A DNA stretch of 64,000 bases from Candidatus Marinacidobacterium sp. (GCA_965204755.1 OZ242011.1:2592001-2656000), one strand, 5' to 3'; counted from the stretch's first letter, positions 40,364 to 51,447 are shown. Made by a program: numbers and translations. Notes: a model not told the origin generated them from the sequence alone.

Positions 40364-42544
40364 TTACCGGCCGAAGCGGTACGCGGCGGAGAGGCGGAGG
40401 CTGCGGCCGGGTTGGGGGACGACGGCGGGGAAGACCGCGAAGTACTCGTCGGTGGCGTTGTTCAGCGACAGCGTCCAGTCCATCCCGGAGAGCGGGCCGT
40501 CGTCCGGGCGGTAGCGGGCGAAGACATCCACCACCCGGTAGCCGTCCGACTCCTCGATGCCGGCGGGGACCTCCCGGCGTTCGCCGGCGAGCAGGACCCG
40601 GCCGCCGAGTTCCAGGCCCAGCGCCGGCGCCCGGACGCCCAGTTGGAAGAACAGCGAGTTCGCCGGGGCGTTCCCCAGGGTCAGGCCGCCGGCCTCGTCC
40701 ACCGTGTCGAGCAGCGAGCCGTTCAGGCGCATCCGCAGCCGGGGCCGTTCGTACCGGACGCCCGCCTCGCACCCGTTCAGCCGGGCGGAGAGGGAGCGGT
40801 TGTAGGTGGAGCCGGTGAGCGCTTCGCCGCCGCCGCCCGCCGCGTCCGCCACCGGGAACCGCGGGTCCACCAGCAGCACTTCCTGGGTGATGTAGTTGGC
40901 CACCGTCTGGCGGAAGCAGGCGCCGTCGAACGAGAGGGCGCCGCGCCCGCCCCGGAGGCCGGCCTCCCAGGCCGTCCCGCGCTCCGCCGGCAGGTCGGGC
41001 GAGGGGCGGAACCAGTTCAGCACCTGCACCGACCCGATGGGGAACTGGAAGTGGAGGCCGTCGGCGTACATCTCGGTCAGGCTCGGCGCCCGGAAGCCGC
41101 GCGCCGCCCCCACCCAGACGAATCCGGTTTCGCCGAGCAGCACGCCGGCGGTGGCCTGGGGGGAGACCTGGCTCTCGGAGCGCGCCTCGAACCGGTCCGA
41201 GGAAACGCTCCAGGAGTCCCGGCGCAGCCCGGCGGACACCCGCAGCCGCTCGCCGAGGTCCGCCTCCGCGTGGACGAACGCCGCGGCGTAGCCGACTTCG
41301 GCGTCGGGGAACTGCAGGCGGGCCGCCCCGTCGCGGGTGCCCGACTGGGTGTCCCGGTAGGCCTCCACCCCGGCGCCGAGCGCCAGCCGGCCCGCGCCGC
41401 CGAGCCGGAACCGGGCGGTGTTGTGCGCCTCGAACCCGAGGGTCTCGAACGCGCTTGCGTCGTGGCGCGGCTCGACGATCATCCGCTCGTCCACGGCGAT
41501 CGTGTTCCGGTAGGCGAGCAGGCGGAGGTCGAGCCGGTCGGAGTCCGGCGGACTCAGCCGCAGCGCGGCGCGCAGGCCGCCGAAGCCGGTGTCCCGGTTC
41601 ACCAGCGGGCCTTCGAGGGAGTTGGCGTTCGTCGGCTCCGCGCCCCGGCTGGCGAACCCCTGGTAGGAGAGTTCGACGCGCGCGCCCGCCGCCGGGTTCC
41701 AGCCGGTCTTCACCAGCGTGGAGCGGATCTCGTCTTCGGTGTTCGGGACCGCGGTTCCGTTCCCGTCGCGGATGGCTTCGCGCGCGCCGCCGATCGTCAG
41801 GTTGGCGAGCGCGTCGAAGTCGTCGTTCGCGGAGAAGACCGCGAAGGACTGCGACCGGTCGCGCCCGTTCGACTGGTACCCGACCCGGTACCGGCCGCCG
41901 AACCGCTGGCCGGGTTCGAGCAGCCCCCGGGCGCTGCGGGTGGTCAGCGCGACCACGCCGCCGAGCGCGCCGCTGCCGTAGAACGAGGAACTGGCGCCCC
42001 GCCGCACTTCCAGCCGCTCGATGAGGTCGGGGTCCACGAAGAACCGGCCGGCGTGGGCGCCGTTGAAGTTCTGGCGCCCGCCGTCCTGGCGGACGACCAC
42101 CTGCTCGTCGGAAAAGCCGCGGATGGCGGGCGACTCGGTGATCCGCCGGGCGTTCCCCTGGATGGAGACGCCGGGGATCCCCTCGAAGAGGTCGGTGAAG
42201 GCGCGGGGGACTTCCGACGCGGCCTCCCCGGCGGAGCGGACGGTGACCGCCGCCGGCACGGTGAGCAGCAGGGCTTCCGTCCGCAGGGCGGTCACCACCA
42301 CCGTCTCGGTGAACTCCGGCAGGTCGGCGCGAGGGTCTTCGCCGCCCGCGGCCCCGTTCGCGGCCCCGTTCGCGTCGTGGTTCGCGCCGTCGGCCGGCCG
42401 GTCCTCCGCGGCGGCTTCCGGGTCGGGGCGCTCGGCGGGCGGCTCCCGCTCCGGCTGCGCCGCCGCCGGCGCGGCGGCCGCGACCGCGAGCGCCAGGAAC
42501 GCACTCCGGCCCGCCCGCCGGAGACCCCGCGCCGATCGCATCAT
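40364..42544 (-). CDS. TonB-dependent receptor, heme/hemoglobin type
   Basis: Signal peptide, ETVVVTA TonB box, RQNFNGAHAGRFF plug, YGSGALGGVV, FRAPS, C-terminal YRF. Confidence 0.88.
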   Translation of the reverse strand: MMRSARGLRRAGRSAFLALAVAAAAPAAAQPEREPPAERPDPEAAAEDRPADGANHDANGAANGAAGGEDPRADLPEFTETVVVTALRTEALLLTVPAAVTVRSAGEAASEVPRAFTDLFEGIPGVSIQGNARRITESPAIRGFSDEQVVVRQDGGRQNFNGAHAGRFFVDPDLIERLEVRRGASSSFYGSGALGGVVALTTRSARGLLEPGQRFGGRYRVGYQSNGRDRSQSFAVFSANDDFDALANLTIGGAREAIRDGNGTAVPNTEDEIRSTLVKTGWNPAAGARVELSYQGFASRGAEPTNANSLEGPLVNRDTGFGGLRAALRLSPPDSDRLDLRLLAYRNTIAVDERMIVEPRHDASAFETLGFEAHNTARFRLGGAGRLALGAGVEAYRDTQSGTRDGAARLQFPDAEVGYAAAFVHAEADLGERLRVSAGLRRDSWSVSSDRFEARSESQVSPQATAGVLLGETGFVWVGAARGFRAPSLTEMYADGLHFQFPIGSVQVLNWFRPSPDLPAERGTAWEAGLRGGRGALSFDGACFRQTVANYITQEVLLVDPRFPVADAAGGGGEALTGSTYNRSLSARLNGCEAGVRYERPRLRMRLNGSLLDTVDEAGGLTLGNAPANSLFFQLGVRAPALGLELGGRVLLAGERREVPAGIEESDGYRVVDVFARYRPDDGPLSGMDWTLSLNNATDEYFAVFPAVVPQPGRSLRLSAAYRFGR

Positions 42545-42558
42545 GAAATCGAGTTTCA
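42544..42558. promoter_or_regulatory. Candidate iron-responsive (Fur-like) operator TGAAA-TCGAG-TTTCA
   Basis: AT-rich inverted repeat immediately upstream of the heme receptor start codon. Confidence 0.45.
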
Positions 42559-42614
42559 ACTTCGCGGGAAGACTAGACGCCGGGAACGGAAGCGGCAACC
42601 GGCCCGCGCCGCAC

Positions 42615-44318
42615 TCAGTAGCCGACGGCCGCGCCGTCCTTCCGGGGATCGGAGCCGCCCAGCAGCACGCCGTTCTCCCAATCGATTTCGATCGCCTGGT
42701 AGCCCCCGTAGGCCCCGAACCGGGTCTTCACCCCGTGCCCCATCCGGATCAGCGCCTGCCGGGTGTCCGAGTCGATCCCGGACTCCAGCCCCACCCCGTC
42801 GGAACCGTGGCGGAAGCGCGGCATCTCCCCGGCCTTTTGCACATGCATCCCGAACTCGATCCGGTTCAGCAGCACCTGCGTATGCCCCTGCGGCTGCATG
42901 TCCCCGCCCATCACCCCGTAGGTGATCCACGGGCGGCCGTCCCGGAACGCCATGCCCGGCATGTTCGTGTGGAGGGCGCGCTTCCCCGCCGCCAGTTCGT
43001 TCGGGTGCCCCGGTTCGAGCGAGTACCCGGTCCCCCGGTTCTGGAGCGCGATCCCGGTCCCCGGAACCACCAGCCCGGAGCCGAAACTCCCGAAGAGGCT
43101 GTAGATCAGCGAGACCGCGTTCCGGTCCTTATCGACCACCGTCAGGTAGATGGTGTCCCCGTCGTCGGTGAGTCCGGGGGCGACTTCCCGCGCCGCCCGG
43201 TCGCCGGAGATTTCGCCGCGCCGCGCCTCGGCGTACTCCTTCGACAGCAGGGTCTCCAGCGGCGCGCGCATGTGCTCCGGGTCGGCCAGGTAGGCGTCCC
43301 GGTCGGCGAAGGCGAGTTTCTTGGCCTCGACGAGATGGTGGAGGTAGGCGGCGGAGTTGTGGCCGAGCGCCGCCAGGTCGAAGCCCTCGAGCAGGTTCAG
43401 CATCTCGAGCGCGACGAACCCCTGCGAGTTCGGGGGGACTTGGAACACCTCGACCCCGCGGAAAGTCGTGCTGATCGGCTCTACCCAGTCCGAGTCGTGG
43501 GCGGCGAGGTCCTCGCGGGTGACGAAACCGCCCTCGGCCTCGAGGAAGTCGTGGATCCGGTCGGCGATCTCGCCCCGGTAGAAGACCTCCGGGCCTTCGT
43601 CGGCGATGCGCCGGAAGGTGCGGGCCAGGTCCGGCGAGCGGAAGACCTCCCCGTGCCGGGGGGCGCGCTCGCCGTCCACCAGGTAGTTGGCCGCCGCCGC
43701 CGGGTGGCGCCGCAGTTTCGCCTCCGCCGACTTCCACTGCGCGGCGATGATCTCGGAGACCGGGAAGCCGTCTTCCGCGTAGGCGATGGCCGGAGCGAGC
43801 AGGTCGCCGAGCGGGCGCGTGCCGAACCGGGTGGCGAGTTCGTCCCAGCCGTCGAGCGCGCCGGGGACGGTCACGACGAGCGGGCCGCTGCCGGGCATCC
43901 GCTCCAGCCCGCGCCCCCGGAGGTCGTCGGCGGAGGCCCGGGAGCCGGCGCGTCCGGTGGCGTTCAGCCCGTGGAGCGTGTCCGTCGCCGCTTCGTAGTA
44001 GAGGGCGAACAGGTCGCCGCCGATCCCGCACATCATCGGCTCGACCACATTGAGCACCGCCGCCGCGGCGACCGCGGCGTCCACCGCGTTGCCGCCGTCG
44101 AGCAGCACGCGCAGCCCGGCGGCGGAGGCCAGCGGCTGGCTGGTCGAGACCATCCCGTTCCGGGCGAGCACCGGGGAACGCCCCAGCCCGGCGTCGTCCG
44201 CCGGCCGGTCGGCGGTCTGCGCCGCCGCGGCGGCGGGAGCGCCGGCGGCGGGGGCGACCGGCGCGGCCGGGGCGGCGGGCAGGAATACGGACAGCGCGGT
44301 CAGGACGATGGTCTCCAT
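42615..44318 (-). CDS. ggt: Gamma-glutamyltransferase
   Basis: GGNAVDAA, GIGGDLF, VPGALDGW, PPNSQG, GDTIYLTVVD autocleavage Thr, GVMGG, SDPRKDG. Confidence 0.93.
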   Translation of the reverse strand: METIVLTALSVFLPAAPAAPVAPAAGAPAAAAAQTADRPADDAGLGRSPVLARNGMVSTSQPLASAAGLRVLLDGGNAVDAAVAAAAVLNVVEPMMCGIGGDLFALYYEAATDTLHGLNATGRAGSRASADDLRGRGLERMPGSGPLVVTVPGALDGWDELATRFGTRPLGDLLAPAIAYAEDGFPVSEIIAAQWKSAEAKLRRHPAAAANYLVDGERAPRHGEVFRSPDLARTFRRIADEGPEVFYRGEIADRIHDFLEAEGGFVTREDLAAHDSDWVEPISTTFRGVEVFQVPPNSQGFVALEMLNLLEGFDLAALGHNSAAYLHHLVEAKKLAFADRDAYLADPEHMRAPLETLLSKEYAEARRGEISGDRAAREVAPGLTDDGDTIYLTVVDKDRNAVSLIYSLFGSFGSGLVVPGTGIALQNRGTGYSLEPGHPNELAAGKRALHTNMPGMAFRDGRPWITYGVMGGDMQPQGHTQVLLNRIEFGMHVQKAGEMPRFRHGSDGVGLESGIDSDTRQALIRMGHGVKTRFGAYGGYQAIEIDWENGVLLGGSDPRKDGAAVGY

Positions 44319-44395
44319 GGGCGGGGGCTCCTTCCCGGAATGCTACGCACCGGCTCGGGGGGCGAGGCGGCGCGGGACGGCCCGCGCCGGCGGCC

Positions 44396-46165
44396 CTACT
44401 TCTTCTTCGCCGACCCCTTCGCCGGCCCCTTCGCCGGCCCCATCGCCTGCCGGGCCCGGAGCCGCGCCCACGAGTCCCGGAGCGTGACCGTCCGGTTCAG
44501 CACCGGCGCGTCCGGCCGGTGGTCCTCCGCGTCGGCGCAGAAGTAGCCGAGCCGCTCCAACTGGATCCGTTCCCCCGGCCCGAGGTCGCGGACAGCGGGC
44601 TCCACCCGCGCGTCCCGGACGATCCGGACCGAGTCCGGGTTCAGGTCCTCCAGGTAGTCCCGCTCGCGCCCCGGCTCCTCGGCGAGGAACAGCCGGTCGT
44701 AGAGCCGCGCCTCCACCGGGACCGCGTGCTCCGCCGAGACCCAGTGGATCGTCCCCCGCACCCGCCGGCCGTCCGGCGCGGTCCCGCCCCGGCTGGCGGG
44801 GTCGAGCCGGCAGCGCACTTCGGTGACCCGCCCGGAGGCGTCCCGCTCGAACCCGGTGCAGGTCGCCAGGTAGGCGTAGCGGAGCCGCACTTCCCGCCCC
44901 GGCGCGAGCCGGAAGTACTTCGGCGGCGGCTCGGCGGCGAAGTCGCTCCGCTCGATGAACAACTTCCCGGAGAAGGGGACCGGGCGCGTCCCGGCCGCGG
45001 GGTCCTCCGGGTTGTTCCCGGCCTCGAGCGGCTCCTCCGCTCCTGCGGGCAGGTTCTCGACCACCAGCGGCAGCGGGTCGAGCACGCCCATCAGGCGGCG
45101 GCTGGTCCGGTTCAACTCCTCGCGCACCGCGTGTTCGAGGAGCGCCAGGTCCACCACGCTCTCCCGCTTCGCCACCCCGATCCGGTCGCAGAAGTTGCGG
45201 ATCGCCGCCGGGGGGACGCCGCGCCGGCGCAGGCCGGCGATGGTGGGCATCCGGGGGTCGTCCCAGCCGGCGACCGCGCCGCCCTCCACCAGCCCGGCCA
45301 GCCGCCGCTTGCTCAGCACCGTGTAGCCCAGGTTCAGCCGGGCGAACTCGATCTGCCGGGGGACGAAGGGCGCCCCGCTCTCCGCCACGCACCAGTCGTA
45401 GAGCGGGCGGTGGTCCTCGAACTCCAGGGTGCAGAGCGAGTGGGTGATCTCCTCGATCGCGTCGGACAGCGAGTGCGCGAAGTCGTACATCGGGTAGATG
45501 AGCCAGTCCTCGCCGGTGCGGTGGTGGCGCAGCCGGCGGATGCGGTAGAGGGTCGGGTCGCGCAGGTTCAGGTTGGGCGCCGCCATGTCGATCCGGGCGC
45601 GGAGCACGCAGGCGCCGTCCGGGAACTCCCCGGCGCGCATCCGCCGGAACCGGTCGAGGTTCTCTTCCGGCGGGCGGCCGCGCCAGGGGCTCTCCCGGCC
45701 CGGTGACTCCAAGGTGCCCCGGGTCTCCCGGATCTGGTCGGCGGTCTGGTCGTCCACATACGCCTTGCCCCGGCGGATCAGGGTCTCGGCGTAGTCGTAG
45801 AGGCGCTCGAAGTAGTCGGAGGCGAACCGGGGCGGCCCGTCGTGGCGGTAGCCCAGCCACTCCACATCGCGGGCGATGGCGTCCACGAAGAGCGCCTCTT
45901 CCTTCGCCGGGTTCGTGTCGTCGTAGCGGAGGTTGCAGGTCCCCCCGTTCTCGGCGGCGACGCCGAAGTTGAGCACCATGGACTTGGCGTGGCCGATGTG
46001 GAGGTAGCCGTTCGGCTCCGGGGGGAAGCGGGTCCCCACGCGGCCGCCGTGCTTGCCGGCGGCGCGGTCGGCGGCGACTTCCGCCCGGATGAAGTCCGCG
46101 GGCGGCGGGGCGGCGACGGCCGCGCCGGCCGCTGCGGGCGCCGGCCCGCGCCCGGGGGGGCTCAC
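44396..46165 (-). CDS. glnS: Glutaminyl-tRNA synthetase
   Basis: TRFPPEPNGYLHIGH, YPMYDF, HSLCTLEF, LSKR, WDDPRMPT, QLERLGYF; GTG start overlaps the cytochrome c stop. Confidence 0.95.
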   Translation of the reverse strand: MSPPGRGPAPAAAGAAVAAPPPADFIRAEVAADRAAGKHGGRVGTRFPPEPNGYLHIGHAKSMVLNFGVAAENGGTCNLRYDDTNPAKEEALFVDAIARDVEWLGYRHDGPPRFASDYFERLYDYAETLIRRGKAYVDDQTADQIRETRGTLESPGRESPWRGRPPEENLDRFRRMRAGEFPDGACVLRARIDMAAPNLNLRDPTLYRIRRLRHHRTGEDWLIYPMYDFAHSLSDAIEEITHSLCTLEFEDHRPLYDWCVAESGAPFVPRQIEFARLNLGYTVLSKRRLAGLVEGGAVAGWDDPRMPTIAGLRRRGVPPAAIRNFCDRIGVAKRESVVDLALLEHAVREELNRTSRRLMGVLDPLPLVVENLPAGAEEPLEAGNNPEDPAAGTRPVPFSGKLFIERSDFAAEPPPKYFRLAPGREVRLRYAYLATCTGFERDASGRVTEVRCRLDPASRGGTAPDGRRVRGTIHWVSAEHAVPVEARLYDRLFLAEEPGRERDYLEDLNPDSVRIVRDARVEPAVRDLGPGERIQLERLGYFCADAEDHRPDAPVLNRTVTLRDSWARLRARQAMGPAKGPAKGSAKKK

Positions 46166-46980
46166 CGGACTTCCGGCCCCCCGCGCCGGTCGTCGCGCAC
46201 GAACCGGTCGCGCGCCGGCATCGCGATCCGGGGCAGGGACTCGGCGTCGAGCGAATCCCCCGGTTCCAGCAGCCGGTTCAGGTGGAGCACATAGGCCGTC
46301 AGCGCGTACACATCCTCCGCCGGCAGCGTCCCCGGCGCGGCCTGCGGCATGGCGCGGCGGATGTAGTCGAACAGCGTCGTCGCGTACGGCCAGTAACTCC
46401 CCACGGTGATGGGGTAGCGGTTCGTCTCGGAGAACCGGAACTCGTCCCCCGGCGTCCGCCCGGCGAGCGCCTCGTAGTCCGCGCCCTCCCCCCGGAGCCC
46501 GTGGCACTGCACGCACTGCAGCCGGTAGAGCGTCTCCCCGCGCTCGACGCTCCCCCGACCGGGCGGCAGCCCTTCGCCCTCCGGGCCGATGTCGATGTCC
46601 CAGGCGGCGATCCGCTCGGCGCTCGCGGGTTCCCCGAAACCGAAGTCGGGGAGGTCGGCCAGGGACTCCAACGCCTCCCGCCGGGCGGCGTCGAGCGCCT
46701 CCCGCTCCGCCGGGTTCAGGAGGCCCGGCATCCCCGGATGGAGTTCCGGCCGCGGAAGGGCCGGACGGCTCCGGGGCGACGCCCCTTCGCCGCCGGGCGC
46801 CGCCCCGTCGCCGCCGGGCACCGCCCCGTCGCCGCCTGCCGCCGTCCCTTCGCCGCCCGCCGCCGCGCCCTCCCCCCGGTCGCCGCCCCCGCCCGCCGGC
46901 GCCGCCGGTTCCCCGGACGGCGAACACCCGCCGACGAGGAGGAGCAGCCCCAGGGCGGCGAAGGCCCGCGCCCCGGTCAT
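46162..46980 (-). CDS. c-type cytochrome lipoprotein (SoxD/SorB-like)
   Basis: Lipobox-like VGGC, AWDIDI, GLPPGRGS, CVQCH, YWPYATTLFDYIRRAMP. Confidence 0.87.
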   Translation of the reverse strand: MTGARAFAALGLLLLVGGCSPSGEPAAPAGGGGDRGEGAAAGGEGTAAGGDGAVPGGDGAAPGGEGASPRSRPALPRPELHPGMPGLLNPAEREALDAARREALESLADLPDFGFGEPASAERIAAWDIDIGPEGEGLPPGRGSVERGETLYRLQCVQCHGLRGEGADYEALAGRTPGDEFRFSETNRYPITVGSYWPYATTLFDYIRRAMPQAAPGTLPAEDVYALTAYVLHLNRLLEPGDSLDAESLPRIAMPARDRFVRDDRRGGPEVR

Positions 46981-47038
46981 CGCCGCGCCCCCGATACCCC
47001 CTGCGGATCCCGGCCGGAGGGGCTCTTCCACCCGCCGT

Positions 47039-48349
47039 TCAACCGGCGAAGAAGACTCGTCCGTCGGACTCCACGCGCCAGGATCGGATCTGGTTGAAGT
47101 GGTAGCGGGTGTAGGAGCCCCGCGCCCGGTGGAGTTCCTCGCGGGTGGGCTGGACATACCCGGTCTCGTCCGTCGCCCGGCTCATCAGCGTCGCCGGCCG
47201 CCCGTCCCAGTCCCACAGGCGCCGGAAGCGGACATGGCACTTCGGCAGCACCGGCTCCTGGAGTTCCGCGTCCTCCCAACTCCCCCCGCCGTCGGTCGAG
47301 ACCTCCACCCGCGTGATCCGCCCCCGCCCGGTCCAGGCCAGCCCCCGGACCTCCCACAGCCCCGGCCCCGGAAGCCGCGCCGGCCAGGTCGGGTAGGTGA
47401 GCAGCGACTTGGCGTCCATGGTGAAACTGAACATCCGCGCCTTCCCGCCGGGCAGCGGGTCGGTGTACTTCGAGGTCTCCTCGCGGGTCATGAACGGGCG
47501 GTCGGAGACTTCGAGCCGCCGCAGCCACTTCACGCTGGCGTTCCCCTCCCAGCCGGGCAGGAACAGCCGCACCGGGTAGCCCTGCTCCGGGCGGAGCGGC
47601 TCGCCGTTCTGGGCGTAGGCGAGGATGGCGTCGTCCCAGGCCTTCTCCATCGGCACCGACCGGGTCATCACCGCGCCGTCCATCGCCTCGGCCAGGAACC
47701 AACTCGCCCGCGGGTCCGCGCCCACTTCGCGGAAGACCAGTTTCAGCGGCACGCCGGTCCACTCGCTCGCGCTGGTGAGGCCGTCCATCTGCTGGGCGCT
47801 CATCTCCCGGAGGCGCCCGCCGTTCCGGAAGGCGGTCCCGCCGTTGCCGGAGCACTCGAGGAACCGCAGCCGGGAGTCCGCCGGGAACCGCTTCAGGTCG
47901 GCCAGCCGGTAGGTGGTGGGCCGCTCCACCATCCCGTGCACCAGCAGTTCGTAGCGCTCCGGGTCGATGTTGGGGATCCCGGCGTGGTGCCGCTCGAAGT
48001 GGAGGTCCGCCGGGGTGACGATTCCCCGGAGGTACTCGAGCGGCGTCCGGGAGGAGGCGGAGGGTTCGACGGAGGGCGCGAGCCGCTCCGGCGTCTCGAA
48101 CGGCGACCGGGAGCCGACCGGGCTGGTCAACCGCCCCTGCATCTTGGTGGGGTCCTCCGGCGCCCGGGGCCGCCGCGCCGGCGGCTGAGCGCCGACGGCG
48201 CCGGAAGCCCCGAGCAGCGGCGCCGAAGCCGCCCCGACGATCCCGGCGAGCACCCGGCGCCGCCCGGTCTTTCCGGGGGCCTTCGGTTCGGCGGCGGGGC
48301 CTTCCGGATCGGGCGGTTCGGCGGTCGGGGACGCGGGAAGCGGAGTCAT
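47039..48349 (-). CDS. soxC: Sulfite/sulfur dehydrogenase molybdopterin subunit (SoxC/SorA-like)
   Basis: Tat-like RRRVL, HFERHHAG, LECSGN, QNGEPLRPEQGYP, PGWEGN, SRATDETG. Confidence 0.87.
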   Translation of the reverse strand: MTPLPASPTAEPPDPEGPAAEPKAPGKTGRRRVLAGIVGAASAPLLGASGAVGAQPPARRPRAPEDPTKMQGRLTSPVGSRSPFETPERLAPSVEPSASSRTPLEYLRGIVTPADLHFERHHAGIPNIDPERYELLVHGMVERPTTYRLADLKRFPADSRLRFLECSGNGGTAFRNGGRLREMSAQQMDGLTSASEWTGVPLKLVFREVGADPRASWFLAEAMDGAVMTRSVPMEKAWDDAILAYAQNGEPLRPEQGYPVRLFLPGWEGNASVKWLRRLEVSDRPFMTREETSKYTDPLPGGKARMFSFTMDAKSLLTYPTWPARLPGPGLWEVRGLAWTGRGRITRVEVSTDGGGSWEDAELQEPVLPKCHVRFRRLWDWDGRPATLMSRATDETGYVQPTREELHRARGSYTRYHFNQIRSWRVESDGRVFFAG

Positions 48350-48523
48350 CGGGGGCGCGGATTATCGCGGATGGGGCCGTCCGCCGACGGACGCGCCGGG
48401 TTCGGTAAACTGACCGGCTCGCCGGGACTCGGGGGCCGGCCCCGGCGCTGCCGCGCGGCGGGCTCGCTCACGACGATTCCGGCCCCCTCACGATCCCGCG
48501 TACCGGGAGGAGAACCGAGACCC

Positions 48524-48943
48524 ATGGCCAGCCTCAAAGGATCGAAGACCCACCAGAACCTCAAGGACGCCTTCGCCGGCGAGTCGCAGGCGAACCGGCG
48601 CTACCTCTACTTCGCCAAGGTGGCGGACATCGAGGGCTACCCGGAGGTCGCCGGCAACTTCCGCGAGACCGCCGAAGGCGAGACCGGCCACGCCCACGGC
48701 CACCTCGACTACCTGAAGCCGGTGGGCGACCCGGCCACCGACCTGCCGATCGGCGACACCTCGCAGAACCTCGCCTCGGCGGTGCACGGCGAGACCTACG
48801 AGTACACCGACATGTACCCGGGCATGGCCAAGACCGCCCGCGAGGAGGGCTTCGGCGAGATCGCCGACTGGTTCGAGACGCTGGCCAAGGCGGAGAAGTC
48901 CCACGCCGGCCGGTTCCAGTCCCTGCTCGACGACCTGGGCTGA
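48524..48943 (+). CDS. Rubrerythrin (short, aerobic type)
   Basis: [36 protein letters not shown]. Confidence 0.93.
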   Translation: MASLKGSKTHQNLKDAFAGESQANRRYLYFAKVADIEGYPEVAGNFRETAEGETGHAHGHLDYLKPVGDPATDLPIGDTSQNLASAVHGETYEYTDMYPGMAKTAREEGFGEIADWFETLAKAEKSHAGRFQSLLDDLG

Positions 48944-48944
48944 C

Positions 48945-49026
48945 GCCCCGCGGAAGGAACGCCCCGCCCTTGCCTTCTCGACCGGAAGGCGTCGAGTCCC
49001 CGTTCGGTTCGCCGGCGGGGCGCTCC
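48945..49026. repeat. Dispersed REP/MITE-like element, diverged copy
   Basis: Shares CCTTCTCGACCGG, GTCCCCG.TCG and CGGGGCGCTC with the reverse complement of 53441-53527. Confidence 0.6.
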
Positions 49027-49161
49027 GGGGGGACGCCCCCTCCGCGCACCCCTCCCCGGTCGGCGCTTCGCGCCGACGGGCGCTCGCCGGACTTCCTCCG
49101 CGGGCGCCCGAAGTGAGCGCGACGGGCGACGCCCCGCCGCCCGAACCGGGGGAGGCGCCCC

Positions 49162-50622
49162 TTGCCTGAGCCGCGTCCCGGCGCGTCCGCTTCGAAGTCT
49201 CCGGGTTCGAAGGCGCCGCCATCGGTCCTTCCCGGGCCGGACCTCTGCTACGACCCGGCGGAGGAGCGCTACCTCGACCCGGCCAGCCTGCGCGCGGAGA
49301 TGGACCGGGCGTTCGACATCTGCCACGGCTGCCGGATGTGCTTCAAGTACTGCGACAGTTTCCGCGACCTGTTCCGGATCGTGGACGAGGCGCGGGACGG
49401 GGACGCGCGGGCGCTCTCCGACGGGGAGCGGGACGAGGTCATGGCCGGCTGCTTCCAGTGCAAGCAGTGCGAGTTCGCCTGCCCCTACACCCCGGGGAAG
49501 GGGCACGAGTTCCAGTTGGACTTCCCGAACCTGGTCCACCGCCACGCCGCCGTCCGGCGGGCGGAGGCCCCGCCCCGGGGCCGCGCGGCGCTGCGCGACC
49601 GGATGCTCTCCGACCCCGACCGCGCCGGGCGGATGCAGCGCCTCCTGCCGGTGGTGGCCGCGCAGGCGGCGAACACCCGGCCGGCGCGCTGGTGCCTCGA
49701 AAAGGCCGTCGGCATCCACCGGGAGAAACTCCTGCCGCCCTTCGCCCGCGAGTCCTTCGACGACTGGGCGGGAAGGAACCGGCCGGCGCCGGCGCCGGGG
49801 CGGGAAGCGGTGCTGTTCCCCACCTGCTATGTCCAGAACAACGAGCCGGGGATCGGCCGGGACACCCTCGAAGTGCTCGACCGGAACCGGGTGGAGACGG
49901 ACTGCGTCCCCGGCCTCGCCTGCTGCGGGATGCCGGCCTGGGAAGGCGGCGACCTCGCCGCCGTGCAGCGCTCGGCGGCCCGCAACCTGTCCCTCCTCGC
50001 GCCCTTCGTCGAGGCCGGTTCCCGGGTGATCGCGGTGAACCCCACCTGCTCCATGCTGATGCGCAAGGAGTACCCGACGCTCGTCCCGCCGGGGCAGCGG
50101 GAAGCCGCGCGGCGGCTGGCGGAAGCGGTGCGCGACCCCTCCGAGTACCTCTGGAGTCTCCGCCGGGAGGAGCGGTTCAACACCGACTTCCGCTCCTCGC
50201 CGGGCGAGAAGGTGGCCTACCACGCGCCCTGCCACCTGCGGGCGCAGGGGGTCGGGTTCCGGGCGCGCGACCTGTTCCGCAAGATCCCCGGCGTCACCCC
50301 GGTGGCGACGCTCGAATGCTCCGGCCACGACGGGACCTGGGCGATGAAGACCGAGGGGTTCGCCCCGTCCGTCGCCGCCGGGAAGAAGGCCTTCGACTCC
50401 ATGCGCGAGGCGGACGCGCCGGTGTGGGCGACCGACTGCCCGCTCGCCGCGATCCAGTTCGAGCAGCACGCCGGGAAGAAGCCGCTCCACCCGATGACGC
50501 TGCTGGCGCGCGCCTACCGGGAGGACGGTTTCGAGACCCGCCTGCCTCCGGCCCCGGAACCCCCGCCGGCCGCGCCCGCCTCGCCGGCCGCGCCCGCCCC
50601 GCCGTTGGCGCCCGCCCGGTGA
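49162..50622 (+). CDS. Fe-S oxidoreductase (GlpC/Hdr-like, CCG domains)
   Basis: [39 protein letters not shown]; start approximate. Confidence 0.88.
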   Translation: MPEPRPGASASKSPGSKAPPSVLPGPDLCYDPAEERYLDPASLRAEMDRAFDICHGCRMCFKYCDSFRDLFRIVDEARDGDARALSDGERDEVMAGCFQCKQCEFACPYTPGKGHEFQLDFPNLVHRHAAVRRAEAPPRGRAALRDRMLSDPDRAGRMQRLLPVVAAQAANTRPARWCLEKAVGIHREKLLPPFARESFDDWAGRNRPAPAPGREAVLFPTCYVQNNEPGIGRDTLEVLDRNRVETDCVPGLACCGMPAWEGGDLAAVQRSAARNLSLLAPFVEAGSRVIAVNPTCSMLMRKEYPTLVPPGQREAARRLAEAVRDPSEYLWSLRREERFNTDFRSSPGEKVAYHAPCHLRAQGVGFRARDLFRKIPGVTPVATLECSGHDGTWAMKTEGFAPSVAAGKKAFDSMREADAPVWATDCPLAAIQFEQHAGKKPLHPMTLLARAYREDGFETRLPPAPEPPPAAPASPAAPAPPLAPAR

Positions 50623-51245
50623 GCGCGCGCCGCCCCCCGCCGCGCCGGCCGGTGCGGCGCGAGGAAGTCCTCGACTTCGAGACCTACGAGGATGTCCGGC
50701 GGGAAGTCCGCGCCTCGGCGATGGCGGCGAAGTCCCGGCGGCGGGCGCACCTCGGCCCGAACCTGACCTTCCTCTTCGAGAACCACGAGACCATGCGCTA
50801 CCAAGTGCTCGAAATGGTGCGCGCCGAGCGGATCGTGCGCGAGTCCGCGATCCGCCACGAGATCGACACCTACAACGAGTTGCTCGGCGGGCCGGGCGAG
50901 ATCGGCGCGTCCCTGCTCATCGAGTTCGACGACCCCGGGGAGCGCGACCGCCGGCTGGTCGAGTGGCGCGGCCTGGTGGAGCGCCTCTACCTGCGGCTCC
51001 CCGGCGGGAAGAAGGCCTACGCGGTCTTCGACCCCCGGCAAGTCGGCGACGACCGCCTCTCCTCCGTCCAGTACCTGAAGTTCGACACCGGCGGCGAGAC
51101 CCCGCTCGCCGTGGGGAGCGACTTCCCGGCGCTGGAGTTGGAGCGCGAACTCGACGAGGACCAGCGCCGGGCCCTCGCCGAGGACCTCGCCGAGGGTCTT
51201 GCCGAGGGCCTCGCCGGGGGCGAATCCGCCCCCGCCCCCGGCTAA
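50619..51245 (+). CDS. DUF3501 family protein
   Basis: [30 protein letters not shown]; third member of the known rubrerythrin/Fe-S oxidoreductase/DUF3501 cluster; GTGA overlap. Confidence 0.85.
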   Translation: MSARRPPPRRPVRREEVLDFETYEDVRREVRASAMAAKSRRRAHLGPNLTFLFENHETMRYQVLEMVRAERIVRESAIRHEIDTYNELLGGPGEIGASLLIEFDDPGERDRRLVEWRGLVERLYLRLPGGKKAYAVFDPRQVGDDRLSSVQYLKFDTGGETPLAVGSDFPALELERELDEDQRRALAEDLAEGLAEGLAGGESAPAPG

Positions 51246-51447
51246 ACTCTATGGCTCGGCTGTCGCGCCGGAAACGGATCGAACCCGGCGCCGCTGCGAG
51301 AGCGCCGAAACCGGTGGAAAACCCCCGAAAACGGTCGAAAGCGTCTCCGAAACAGCCAAAAAGTATGCGCGTGCGCGCGGGAACGCGCCGCAGGCGCCAC
51401 GGCGCGCGCCCGCGCCGCCGGGAAGACGGTCCCGGAAGGAACTCGCC

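Noticed and set aside
48524-51245. Rubrerythrin/Fe-S oxidoreductase/DUF3501 cluster as a novel system
   Set aside because: This is an already described conserved gene cluster.
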